Source: a virus. Taken from it: a stretch of 64,000 bases of DNA. The translations under genes and the position numbers were made by a program. Positions 40,360-49,615 of the stretch are shown here, one piece after another (the first letter of the stretch is position 1; each line of letters opens with the position of its first letter). Location: IMG/VR virus record IMGVR_UViG_3300050343_000182; one strand, written 5' to 3'. The notes under the pieces are model-generated. The model searched no databases, was not told the DNA's origin, and saw only the letters and a list, made by a program, of their open reading frames with translations.

Positions 40360-41298
40360 ATGTCTTTTGCAAGTCTCAAGAAAAAGTCAGGCACGTTTGA
40401 TAAGCTGACTCAACAGATTGAGAAGATGTCCAAACCCCAAGGCGCTGGTCCTGATGAGCGACTTTGGAAACCTGGGGTGGACAAGAGCGGTAACGGTTAT
40501 GCCGTGATCCGTTTCCTCCCTGAGCCTGATGGTGAAGACCTTCCTTGGGCACAGGTGTGGAGCCACGCTTTCCAAGGTCCTGGCGGATGGTATATTGAAA
40601 ACTCCCTCACCACATTGGGTCAGAAAGATCCTGTTGGTGAATTGAATCGCACACTATGGAATAGTGGTCTCGATGCTGACAAAGAGGTTGCTCGTAAGCA
40701 GAAGCGTAAGCTTTCCTACTACAGTAACATCTATGTCGTGAAGGATCAACTGAATCCTCAGAATGAGGGTAAAGTATTCCTGTATAAGTATGGTAAGAAG
40801 ATCCACGACAAGGTGGTGTCCTCTATGCAACCACAGTTCGAGGATGAGACTCCTGTCAATCCTTTTGACATGTGGCAAGGCGCTGATTTCCGTATCAAGA
40901 TCCAAACCATTGGTGGATACTGGAATTATGATAAGTCTGACTTCGCTGCACCTGCTACGCTGGGTGGATTTAGTGATGAGCAACTTGAAGATATCTGGAA
41001 GTCTCAGCATTCCCTCAAGGAATTCACTGATCCTACAGCATTCAAGCCTTATGAGAAGTTGGAAGAGCGTTTGAATATGGTCCTCAACAGGGGTCGTACT
41101 CAGGTCCGCACTCGTGACGAGTCCTTTGAGGATGAGTCTGAGGGTCGTGGCAACTTCAACTCTCCTGACATCATGTCAGTTGCACCACTGTCACAACCTG
41201 ACACCACACCCAGTGGATTCGGTGCTAAGATTGAAGAGTTAAACAAAGCAGACGATGGTCCTGACCTGGACTACTTCGCTGCACTCGCCAACGACTGA
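40360..41298 (+). CDS. gp32: single-stranded DNA-binding protein (T4 gp32)
   Basis: DERLWK...GNGYAVIRFLP, WYIENSLTT, acidic tail DLDYFAALAND. Confidence 0.97.
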   Translation: MSFASLKKKSGTFDKLTQQIEKMSKPQGAGPDERLWKPGVDKSGNGYAVIRFLPEPDGEDLPWAQVWSHAFQGPGGWYIENSLTTLGQKDPVGELNRTLWNSGLDADKEVARKQKRKLSYYSNIYVVKDQLNPQNEGKVFLYKYGKKIHDKVVSSMQPQFEDETPVNPFDMWQGADFRIKIQTIGGYWNYDKSDFAAPATLGGFSDEQLEDIWKSQHSLKEFTDPTAFKPYEKLEERLNMVLNRGRTQVRTRDESFEDESEGRGNFNSPDIMSVAPLSQPDTTPSGFGAKIEELNKADDGPDLDYFAALAND

Positions 41299-41573
41299 TG
41301 AAACTACTTGCCCTTCCCCTTCTGCTGCTACTGTCTGCGGCACCCGCCAACGCAATAACCTGGAAGGAATTCTGGGAGCCGTTTGATGGGGATCGGCATT
41401 ACCATTACCATGATTCACACATCCACAGGGACTATTACAGACCCCGTAGACGCATGTGTGAGGTGCAAGTAACCCGACGTGTTTGGATCCCTGGCTATTG
41501 GTTAGGGCATCACCAATACATCGAGGGTTACTACGAGAAGCAGACACGTCTGAAGTACAGACCGTGCCGTTGA
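41298..41573 (+). CDS. secreted His/Tyr/Trp-rich small protein
   Basis: signal peptide MKLLALPLLLLLSAAPANA; HYHYHDSHIH; VWIPGYW. Confidence 0.7.
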   Translation: MKLLALPLLLLLSAAPANAITWKEFWEPFDGDRHYHYHDSHIHRDYYRPRRRMCEVQVTRRVWIPGYWLGHHQYIEGYYEKQTRLKYRPCR

Positions 41574-41682
41574 CCTCATATATTATTTGACTTTTGAGTT
41601 ACAGGATCGGCGGAAAAAAATTCGGGGTAATTTTTAGTCTCCAGGGTTTTTCCTAAATATCAAGTGATAAAGGATGTAATTA

Positions 41683-41997
41683 ATGTTATCAACTGCTTAT
41701 CGCCTACGAATGGAATTCATTTGTAAGCGCATTGCTAACGGCGAAGAAGTCAAACTAGACGACATGATCTGGGCAAACAAACTTGCAAAGGCAAATACCT
41801 CTGCTAATGAAATGTTGAAAATCGCACGTCGCCAGATTACATACAATATTGAAGAAGGCAGCACAGACGATTTTCTGAATAGGATGGGATTAGGTGATCC
41901 CGACCCATCCAACCACAAAAAGGGATTTACTGACGCCGACGACATTAAGAGTTGGTTTCATCAAGAAAAACCTGATGATTGGAGACAACGTGACTGA
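41683..41997 (+). CDS. conserved hypothetical protein
   Basis: MLSTAYRLRMEFICKRI...KPDDWRQRD. Confidence 0.8.
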   Translation: MLSTAYRLRMEFICKRIANGEEVKLDDMIWANKLAKANTSANEMLKIARRQITYNIEEGSTDDFLNRMGLGDPDPSNHKKGFTDADDIKSWFHQEKPDDWRQRD

Positions 41998-42121
41998 TTA
42001 TGTCTGTGTCCAAACATGGGATCCTATTTTTGAGTGTATGCGCTATCATTGGGTACACAAGTCAGAAGAGGATCCAGTGCAATTCGTGAAAAACCTCAAT
42101 CCAGAGCAAAACGTGCTATGA
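41990..42121 (+). CDS. small hypothetical protein
   Basis: VTDYVCVQTWDP...RYHWVHKSE. Confidence 0.55.
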   Translation: MTDYVCVQTWDPIFECMRYHWVHKSEEDPVQFVKNLNPEQNVL

Positions 42122-42417
42122 GTAGCAAGATGATGTTCTTGGTTGACACTGGCAATGGCAGGTGTGTCAGTCATGATGGATATATTCAACTTGGTAGTTT
42201 CTCTCATAGTGTAGAGAAGCACCTTGAACTGTGTCCTGAGCAAGAGTGGCAAGTGACCTATTGGATGCCTGATCCATTTCGTATCAGATATCCAAGACCA
42301 AACTATCAACATACCATGAAGGCGAATGAAGGATCCCCTAGGACCGATAACGCTACTGATAGCAGACCAAGAGACTTCCCTGATCAACCAACTGAAAGAC
42401 TGGAAAGGACATTATGA
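42118..42417 (+). CDS. conserved hypothetical protein
   Basis: HDGYIQLGSFSHSVEKHLEL...YWMPD. Confidence 0.7.
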   Translation: MSSKMMFLVDTGNGRCVSHDGYIQLGSFSHSVEKHLELCPEQEWQVTYWMPDPFRIRYPRPNYQHTMKANEGSPRTDNATDSRPRDFPDQPTERLERTL

Positions 42418-42728
42418 ATGATGCGAATATCACACCAGAAACTTATCAAAAGATGGAAGATGAGTTTCGCGAAGAGGGACTTGCTTTTACCATTACTATT
42501 CCTACACAGGAAGCAATTGATGAGTGGTATAACGCTCCTGCACTGCCTTACAACACACCAGAACCTGTCGATATGGTTGCTGAGATGTGGAAGAAGCATA
42601 GAGAGCAACCTGAATCTGGTCCTGAAGCAGATAAAATTGCAGGACTTGCTCTTATCAGAAGAGCAGGTGGTTTATTGAATGCTCAAGTTGAATACCTAGA
42701 CAACAAAATTGTGATTACTTATGGATGA
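42414..42728 (+). CDS. hypothetical protein
   Basis: ORF 104 aa, ATGA overlap. Confidence 0.6.
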   Translation: MNDANITPETYQKMEDEFREEGLAFTITIPTQEAIDEWYNAPALPYNTPEPVDMVAEMWKKHREQPESGPEADKIAGLALIRRAGGLLNAQVEYLDNKIVITYG

Positions 42729-42912
42729 CTTTAACCAACCACAGGAAAGACCAGGGATTGATGACAATTTTAAGAAGTTTGCAGTTCAGATACAACTAGA
42801 TAATATATGCAGAATATTGGGTGGCGAAGCAACTCATTATATTTGCACCGATAAAAAGACTCAACATCAAAAATTTGTAATTACCTACGATCGTAAGGAG
42901 AAACAATCATGA
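42721..42912 (+). CDS. hypothetical protein
   Basis: ORF 63 aa. Confidence 0.6.
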   Translation: MDDFNQPQERPGIDDNFKKFAVQIQLDNICRILGGEATHYICTDKKTQHQKFVITYDRKEKQS

Positions 42913-43151
42913 TCCCTCAGACCGCTGTAATCTATTCAAATGGAAGTCAAGAATGTGAAAGGGCAGCACAACTGCTACTATCACTAGATGGCGAATATCT
43001 CGAATATCGCCTAAATCAGCATTTTACGCAAAAATCGTTTGAAAACGAATTTGGTCAAAAAGCAGAATACCCACAAATCGCACTTGGAGCGCAACATGTG
43101 GGTAATTTGAAAGATTTGCTACATGTAGCAAAAGAGAAAGGACTTATCTAA
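42909..43151 (+). CDS. glutaredoxin-like protein with SQEC in place of CxxC
   Basis: IYSNGSQECER...F...FG..AEYPQI...HVG. Confidence 0.75.
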   Translation: MIPQTAVIYSNGSQECERAAQLLLSLDGEYLEYRLNQHFTQKSFENEFGQKAEYPQIALGAQHVGNLKDLLHVAKEKGLI

Positions 43152-44101
43152 TATCCACCACCGCTGTAGGACGATCCTGAGGACTGTTGACCACTAGATG
43201 ATCCAGCAGACCCATACTGATTAGTTTCAGTTGTATCCATTTGTCCTGCCTGCTCAATAGTTGCACTGCTAGTTCCTGTAGAGACGCTAACTGAAACAAC
43301 GGTGCTACCATCAGCAAGTACATCACCTTCAGAGATAGTAGGATCGGAAGATCCGAAACTTCTGGAGGTGTATTCTGCTGAAGAGGCAAATTGAATTGAA
43401 GGTATTTGTCCCACAAGAGTCTCATACGTGGGTTTGACATTGGTAAATGCCTCTGCAACAGCTGCTGCAGTCTTCTTAATACCTGTAGCAGGATCAACTT
43501 CATTAGAAGGAAGGTATTCAACCAATTTCTCAAATTCTTCAACAAATGCATCGATATATTGAGGTTTGAGTAGGTGTATACCTCTCTTATAGTCATTTAA
43601 TGCCAATTCATAGTCATAGTTGGACACAGGTCTAACTAACTCTTCTTTGGGGATAAGTGTGCCATCAGGACGTGAGTATTCAAAGTCTTGAGCAACCTCA
43701 AATCCATCTCTAAGGATTACATCACCCCTTGTGCTTTTAATCTCTTGTGTTACCCAGTGGTGAATGCTTTCTACGTGTTTCGCACCGTATTTACGAACCA
43801 TATATGCATACATCTCCTGCTCAGTCATAGGCCATTCATCATATACGTTGATGATGTTATTAGTGAGTAGCACGACCCAATCATATTCAACGTTACCATA
43901 TACCCTATCAGCAATCTGATCGGGTCTTTCGTTGTGTTGAATGATGTATTTTTCAAATCCAAGAATGATATCACTTATATCATCTCGTATCTTAATACGA
44001 CGGAATAGATTTTTTGCCTGGACGTAAGGATCATTATTACCTGTGCGATAACTAGATGTCCTTACGAATACGTCAGGTAAGTATGAGAAGTAATTTGACA
44101 T
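43148..44101 (-). CDS. gp53: baseplate wedge subunit (T4 gp53)
   Basis: NLFRR, ERPDQIADRVYG...WVVLLTNNI...WP. Confidence 0.9.
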   Translation of the reverse strand: MSNYFSYLPDVFVRTSSYRTGNNDPYVQAKNLFRRIKIRDDISDIILGFEKYIIQHNERPDQIADRVYGNVEYDWVVLLTNNIINVYDEWPMTEQEMYAYMVRKYGAKHVESIHHWVTQEIKSTRGDVILRDGFEVAQDFEYSRPDGTLIPKEELVRPVSNYDYELALNDYKRGIHLLKPQYIDAFVEEFEKLVEYLPSNEVDPATGIKKTAAAVAEAFTNVKPTYETLVGQIPSIQFASSAEYTSRSFGSSDPTISEGDVLADGSTVVSVSVSTGTSSATIEQAGQMDTTETNQYGSAGSSSGQQSSGSSYSGGGY

Positions 44102-45030
44102 TATTCGTCCTTGAAGTCCTCGCGAGTACGGTATTTGGTCTCTTGGAAAGTGAGAGACATGTTATAGACGGCAAAACCGAAGTCTTTATTTTCCAGTCCA
44201 GGCGTATGGGTGCGAATTGCAGTTGAATCGCCAAAGTCAACGCTCATGTCCTGTAACACCATTTTGTGAGGAAAGCGTAGTAGGGCATTCATATACCCAC
44301 CTGACCTTTTTCCTTTACCTAGTTTTTCATCGTCACCACTTGATTCATACCTAACAATCTCTGCCTTGAACTTGTCAGGGATGAGCAACCAGTCGTTTCC
44401 TTCTTTCGCTGGGTGCATAGATTGTCTAAGACAACTAATGATCTCATAGATCGTCTGCACATCTGCAGCACTCTTAGGCACGAAACTAAACTTAAAACTA
44501 TGAGAGATAAATCCGACACCTTTGAAGAGCATCTCTTCATAAGGGTTGAATACTTTACCTTGCGTTAGTTGGGAAAGATCGTTAGAATCAATGTTGAATC
44601 CATAAGGTGACACTTCACCCACCACCGTGTTGATTGCGGTAGCACCAATCTTAAATCCTAGAGCAGGTTTTGCTGCTTTTGCCGCCGCTGAAACATTGTC
44701 ACCGATATTATCAAGAGATCCACCACTACCAACCACGTCAGCAGCAGCACCGATTACGGCATTACCAACTGCACCAAGGTTCTTACCTTCATACTTAGCA
44801 GAATACCTCTCATTCAAACCAGGAGGGAGGTATAAGTAAAGTTGCTTATATCCTTCACCACTACCTTTATCAGATCCTTGAGATCTCTTTTTGTGTTTAT
44901 AAATATTTAACTTAAGGTAGTCTACAACTTCTGTAGGATACGAGGCTTTGTCTCTTACAGACGCCCTGCTACTACTTGATGTGCCCATAGGTTTGACCCT
45001 AGGGAATACTAACAAATTTGACTTCGGCAT
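44101..45030 (-). CDS. gp48: baseplate tail-tube cap (T4 gp48)
   Basis: LYLPP, FNPYEEMLFKG...HSFKFSFVPKS. Confidence 0.85.
   Translation of the reverse strand: MPKSNLLVFPRVKPMGTSSSSRASVRDKASYPTEVVDYLKLNIYKHKKRSQGSDKGSGEGYKQLYLYLPPGLNERYSAKYEGKNLGAVGNAVIGAAADVVGSGGSLDNIGDNVSAAAKAAKPALGFKIGATAINTVVGEVSPYGFNIDSNDLSQLTQGKVFNPYEEMLFKGVGFISHSFKFSFVPKSAADVQTIYEIISCLRQSMHPAKEGNDWLLIPDKFKAEIVRYESSGDDEKLGKGKRSGGYMNALLRFPHKMVLQDMSVDFGDSTAIRTHTPGLENKDFGFAVYNMSLTFQETKYRTREDFKDE
44898..44905 (+). promoter_or_regulatory. late promoter TATAAATA for the gp4 operon, inside gp48
   Basis: exact consensus about 125 nt upstream of gp4 ATG. Confidence 0.7.
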
Positions 45031-45463
45031 GAGTTATTCTGGCAAATACAGACCATCAAATAGACATAAGTATAAGGGTGATCCCACTAATATTATTTAT
45101 AGGAGTTTGTGGGAAAGAAAGTTTATGGTCTGGTGCGACAAAAATGTAAATGTAATGGAGTGGGGAAGTGAAGAGATCGTTATTCCATACATCAGTCCTG
45201 TTGATGGTCGGATTCACCGCTATTTTCCCGACTTCTACGTCAGAGCACGAACTAGAAACGGAGGGACTCAGAAATTCATTATCGAAGTTAAACCGAAAGT
45301 CCAGTGTGCGCCCCCGAAGAGACCGAAGAGGCAGACTAAAAGATATATAACTGAAGTGAAAACTTACGGTGTCAACCAAGCAAAATGGAAGGCAGCAAGA
45401 GAATACTGTAAGGATCGTCGTATGGAATTCCTAATTCTCACAGAAAAAGAGTTAAACGTATGA
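45029..45463 (+). CDS. gp4: head completion protein (T4 gp4)
   Basis: YKGDPTNIIYRSLWE, RYFPDF, IEVKP, NQAKW. Confidence 0.93.
   Translation: MSYSGKYRPSNRHKYKGDPTNIIYRSLWERKFMVWCDKNVNVMEWGSEEIVIPYISPVDGRIHRYFPDFYVRARTRNGGTQKFIIEVKPKVQCAPPKRPKRQTKRYITEVKTYGVNQAKWKAAREYCKDRRMEFLILTEKELNV
45094..45101 (-). promoter_or_regulatory. late promoter TATAAATA for gp48-gp53, inside gp4
   Basis: TATTTATA on plus strand about 65 nt upstream of gp48 ATG. Confidence 0.7.
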
Positions 45464-45930
45464 GCATCTTCACTGATGTTAAGGATCTTGCAGAAGGCAA
45501 GTCACAATCTAAAGAGTGGTATCGCTCTCAACTGCAATATGGTATGGAACCCTATGAGGGCACCTTTGCAGTTGGTGACATCATCTTTTTTGCATATTCT
45601 GCATCAACTGAGAAATTGTCATTTTATGACAGATTCCCCATGGTGCAAATATCCGATCTGGATAAACGTAACATGCAATTCTCAGGTGGTAACTTACATT
45701 ATCTACAACCATCAGCAAGAAGGACAATCGCTGCACAGTGGTCTATGGGCAGTCCCGCATTTCCTGCCCGTTGCTATCATAAATACTTTATGTCAAATGC
45801 TACCAACATTTACACTGTTAAACCGATTGATCTGCAGGATATGACTCCATTGCCTATCGAGCAATTCTTATTTAATGCAGCAGGTCGCTGGATCGAAGTC
45901 CCTAGCAGTCACATCTGGAGTCGAGTTTAA
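45460..45930 (+). CDS. gp2: DNA end protector-like protein (T4 gp2)
   Basis: FYDRFP...GGNLHYL...HKY. Confidence 0.7.
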   Translation: MSIFTDVKDLAEGKSQSKEWYRSQLQYGMEPYEGTFAVGDIIFFAYSASTEKLSFYDRFPMVQISDLDKRNMQFSGGNLHYLQPSARRTIAAQWSMGSPAFPARCYHKYFMSNATNIYTVKPIDLQDMTPLPIEQFLFNAAGRWIEVPSSHIWSRV

Positions 45931-46682
45931 TGAGTTACAGAAATCCCAATAGTTTTCTCCGATTTGCTGATCTAGTCGCAAGTGGCGAGAAAGATATTGC
46001 AAAGTCGAATCTATTCTCGGTGGAGATTACTCTCCCCGTAATGATGTATGCTACTGGAACACAACCCGATTTCAAAGAGCATTACGAATCTATCAACTAT
46101 TTTGCTGACAGTGTAACTATCCCTGCTAGAAGGATTAAGACACAATCAATCAAGACTGTTGGTATGCCATATGACTATGCATACGGTCAGCAGAAGCAAG
46201 AAGTCCGAATGTCCTTTATTATGACAAAGGACATGTATCATCGCCAATTCTTTGAGAATTGGATGAATATGACTGCTAATGATGCTGAAAATAGAGTATC
46301 ATTCTATGATGAGTATACATCAAGCATTCAGATCCTGAAATGGGAGAATGGTGCTAACGTTGTATATAAAGGTAGAGCTAATAATGGTGCTGGAAAACCA
46401 GTTAAATTTGAGCAGAGGATGAATAGATCCACTGCAGTCTGGCAGATGTATGGTGCATATCCATTTGACATCTCAGCAATGACTCTTAATAATGGACCAG
46501 CAGATCTGCTGAAGATTGATGTTGACTTCAAATACGAGAGATTTAGATTTGACACAACTGCAGAGGATGTGCTGTCATTCAAAGCTAGTGCCAATGATAA
46601 AGTCATTCGCGATTTTGATAAAGTATTCAGTCGCTTAGGATTCTCCAACGATCAGATAGATTCGTCGTTCTTTGGCACCTAA
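45930..46682 (+). CDS. gp54: baseplate tail-tube initiator (gp54 / tube-protein family)
   Basis: SVTIPAR, FFENW, GAYP, VDFKYE. Confidence 0.7.
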   Translation: MSYRNPNSFLRFADLVASGEKDIAKSNLFSVEITLPVMMYATGTQPDFKEHYESINYFADSVTIPARRIKTQSIKTVGMPYDYAYGQQKQEVRMSFIMTKDMYHRQFFENWMNMTANDAENRVSFYDEYTSSIQILKWENGANVVYKGRANNGAGKPVKFEQRMNRSTAVWQMYGAYPFDISAMTLNNGPADLLKIDVDFKYERFRFDTTAEDVLSFKASANDKVIRDFDKVFSRLGFSNDQIDSSFFGT

Positions 46683-46707
46683 ATAAATTTAATAGTTATG
46701 GAGCATT

Positions 46708-47412
46708 ATGCCTTTACCTAAGCTCGCTATCCCCGAGTATGATTTGACACTGCCTATTACTGGCACTAAAATCACATATAGACCTTTCCTCGTTAAGGAG
46801 GAAAAACTGCTGTATCTCGCTATGGAGTCGCAAGACGACAAGCAGATGATCAAGGCAGTTAAGACCATCATCAAAAACTGCACCAACCTGAAAGGTAAGG
46901 TTGAAGATCTCGCAACATTCGAGATCGAATACATCTTCCTTCGCATTCGTGCTACTGCTGTTGGTGAAGCAAGTGAATTCAAAATCACCTGCCCTGATGA
47001 TAATGAGACCCAAGTAGAAGTGATGGTCCCTCTAAATCAAGTTGAGGTTGTTGTTCCTGCAGATCATGAGAAGAAAATGCTTCTCGATGATAATGTAGGT
47101 ATTGTTATGAAGTATCCGTCGATTGATGTATTCATCAGTCAAAATATGTCGGAGGATCCTAATATCGAGGATATCTTCGAGTTGGCAGCAGGGTGTATTG
47201 AAAGTGTTTACGATAAGGAAGAGGTCTATGACAGCTTCACTAAGAAAGAAGCACTTGAATTCTTGGAAGACTTGAATTCCGAGCAGTTTGCTAAAGTCCA
47301 GAAATTCTTTGAGACTATGCCCAAACTGTCATACACACTTGAAGTTGTTAACCCCAACACTAAAGTCGTATCCGATGTTGTGCTTGAAGGACTAGCGAGT
47401 TTTTTCGCATAG
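46708..47412 (+). CDS. gp26: baseplate hub assembly protein (T4 gp26)
   Basis: YRPFLVKEEKLL, FDIEY-like FEIEYIFLRIR, LEGLASFF. Confidence 0.93.
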   Translation: MPLPKLAIPEYDLTLPITGTKITYRPFLVKEEKLLYLAMESQDDKQMIKAVKTIIKNCTNLKGKVEDLATFEIEYIFLRIRATAVGEASEFKITCPDDNETQVEVMVPLNQVEVVVPADHEKKMLLDDNVGIVMKYPSIDVFISQNMSEDPNIEDIFELAAGCIESVYDKEEVYDSFTKKEALEFLEDLNSEQFAKVQKFFETMPKLSYTLEVVNPNTKVVSDVVLEGLASFFA

Positions 47413-47603
47413 CCCTACTGCACGATAGTCTTGAAAACTACTATAAGACAAACTTTGCCTTGATGCAGCACCACAAGTATTCGCTAACAGAATTAGAGAA
47501 TATGATACCGTGGGAACGTGATGTATATGTGAATCTTCTCCTCGCACACATTGCTGAGGAAGAAAGAAGACAAAACCAAGATCAGTCACGCATGTCCCTC
47601 TAA
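47406..47603 (+). CDS. gp51: baseplate hub assembly catalyst (T4 gp51); reading frame open from the -1 frame of the gp26 end (first ATG 47463)
   Basis: YYKTNFALMQHHKYSLTELENMIPWERDVY. Confidence 0.85.
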   Translation, partial: RIALLHDSLENYYKTNFALMQHHKYSLTELENMIPWERDVYVNLLLAHIAEEERRQNQDQSRMSL

Positions 47604-49615
47604 TGGCAGCAATCCGCAGTTTCATAAAAATTCAACCGATAACTGGTAAGTCAGGTATCGCTCAAAACATGGATCAGGTGCGTAAGGGCATCAATCGCAT
47701 GGGGAGCGTGACGGATGGCATTGCCAAGAGTTTTTATGATACTACTGAGCTTCTAAAGTTTGAGAAAGAGTATCTTACAGACACTTCCAAGACAGAAGTC
47801 ACGACGATTAAGAGGAAAGATAAGAAGGATAAGACCAAGTGGACTACATCCATGCGGGATTTCCGAAGAACTTTCCGAAAAAAGAAACGTGGTAAATTAG
47901 AAGACGAAGCAGAGAAGGGCGTAGAAGAAGGCAAAGAGGAAGGTAGGAAGGCAGTTGAGAAGCAGAAACCCAAGTTAAATATGCTTGGTGGACTTTTCAA
48001 TGGTCTATTCAAAGTCTTCAAATATATGATTATATTTGGAGCATTAAACTGGTTAAGTAACCCCAAGAATGCTGAGAGTGCCGTAAAGGTATTCAAGATA
48101 CTATTCACGATAGGTAAGTTTGCATTCAAAGTTACTAAATTTGGGGTTGGTCTGCTCCTTGATGGACTGACTAATGTAATTGGTAATTTTAAGGAAGAAG
48201 GTCCGATCAGACGTGCATTCCGAGGCATACTCGGAGTCGTGCAACTGATGGGTGGTCTTGCTGCGCTTAGGACAGCACAGTATCTGATCATGCCTTGGAA
48301 GTTGATGAAGGACGTTAATCGTCTGAGAATGATCTTCAACATGTCCAACCAGCAGTCTGCAGAGCAGGATGCTAACCAGAAGGTAAGAAAGAGCGGGTTT
48401 AGAGATAAGAAGACTGGAGTTATCTACTCCAAAGAAGAATACGAAGCGATGAAGAAGTCTGCCGCAAAGGCAGAACGCAAGAATCCTGGTGCTGGCAAAG
48501 CATTTGAGGATAGATTTGGCAAAGAAAGTCGTTTCTCTAAATTCAAAGGTAAAGCATCTGCAGCACGCAAGAGATTTGGTGCTGGTGCTAACAAAGCATT
48601 TGGTAAGCTCGGCGGTAAGTTAAACGTCGGCATGAGCGTCGTAGGAGGCGCTGGAAGGATCGCAGCAGGTCTTGCAAGCGGTGAGAAAGCATCCTCTGCT
48701 GTTGGTGCTGGTGTCGGTCAGGGTGTTGGTGGTTTAGTTGGCGGTATCGCTGGCACAGCACTCCTAGGACCCTTCCTAGGACCCTTTGCACCTATCGTTG
48801 GTAATGCGATCGGTAGTTTCTTAGGTGAGTGGGTAGGTAAAGAGTTAGGTCCGATCATGGAACCTATCTTTGGACCTATTGGTAAAGCATTTAAGATGAT
48901 GTTTGAGGTGGTCAAGATGACCATCGGACCTCTCTTCCAACAACTCGCTGAGCCCTTAGGGTTAATATTTGGTTTCATAGGTCAACTTGGCAAAGTCCTA
49001 ATGGATGCTGCTAAGATTCTCGGAGACTTCGCTGGGTTTATCTTCGGTGGAATGATGGATGCCATTGGTGGCACCGTCCAATTTGTCGTCAATAATGCCA
49101 AGCGTCTGATGAATCCTGCCTCTGTGGCAGGTGGTATTGCTGATGCGTTGACATTCAACCTGTTTGACTTCGACAAAGAGAATAAGAAGGCAGCAGGCGG
49201 TCCTGTACAGATGGCAGCGGGTGGTGCTCTACAGTTTGGTAGTCACCCTGACATGCTGGGCATGGTGGGTGGTCTCTACCTCAAGACCATAGTAGGATCA
49301 TTTGGTGCATTTGGATTTGTTGGTAATAAAGTAAAATCTGTCCTAGCACCTGACATTCAAAAGATTGCTGGTGGACTAGGTGTGCAGGTCAGTACTGGTG
49401 GTGGTGGCACTGCTGGTGGTGGCGTAAGTAATAGTGTACAATTCCAAGCAACTCAGACTGAAAAGAAAAAGGCTGAGGCAGTCAAGACTTTCGCCTATAA
49501 AGAGAATATTTACAATGCGATTGATAAGGGGTTAAACAAACTACTCATCAGTGGTATCAAGATCTTCGATCCTGCATTGGCAAAGCAGATTGAAGAGAAG
49601 AAAAGCGGTGGGTAG
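47603..49615 (+). CDS. tape-measure-like / gp29-like protein, paralog 1 (N-terminal part)
   Basis: coiled-coil N-terminus, Gly-rich hydrophobic GxxxG stretches, position after gp26/51. Confidence 0.65.
   Translation: MAAIRSFIKIQPITGKSGIAQNMDQVRKGINRMGSVTDGIAKSFYDTTELLKFEKEYLTDTSKTEVTTIKRKDKKDKTKWTTSMRDFRRTFRKKKRGKLEDEAEKGVEEGKEEGRKAVEKQKPKLNMLGGLFNGLFKVFKYMIIFGALNWLSNPKNAESAVKVFKILFTIGKFAFKVTKFGVGLLLDGLTNVIGNFKEEGPIRRAFRGILGVVQLMGGLAALRTAQYLIMPWKLMKDVNRLRMIFNMSNQQSAEQDANQKVRKSGFRDKKTGVIYSKEEYEAMKKSAAKAERKNPGAGKAFEDRFGKESRFSKFKGKASAARKRFGAGANKAFGKLGGKLNVGMSVVGGAGRIAAGLASGEKASSAVGAGVGQGVGGLVGGIAGTALLGPFLGPFAPIVGNAIGSFLGEWVGKELGPIMEPIFGPIGKAFKMMFEVVKMTIGPLFQQLAEPLGLIFGFIGQLGKVLMDAAKILGDFAGFIFGGMMDAIGGTVQFVVNNAKRLMNPASVAGGIADALTFNLFDFDKENKKAAGGPVQMAAGGALQFGSHPDMLGMVGGLYLKTIVGSFGAFGFVGNKVKSVLAPDIQKIAGGLGVQVSTGGGGTAGGGVSNSVQFQATQTEKKKAEAVKTFAYKENIYNAIDKGLNKLLISGIKIFDPALAKQIEEKKSGG

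Noticed and set aside
43144-43596. 150-aa minus-strand ORF overlapping gp53 in another frame
   Set aside because: Shadow of the Ser/Thr-rich gp53 tail; no RBS or recognisable motif
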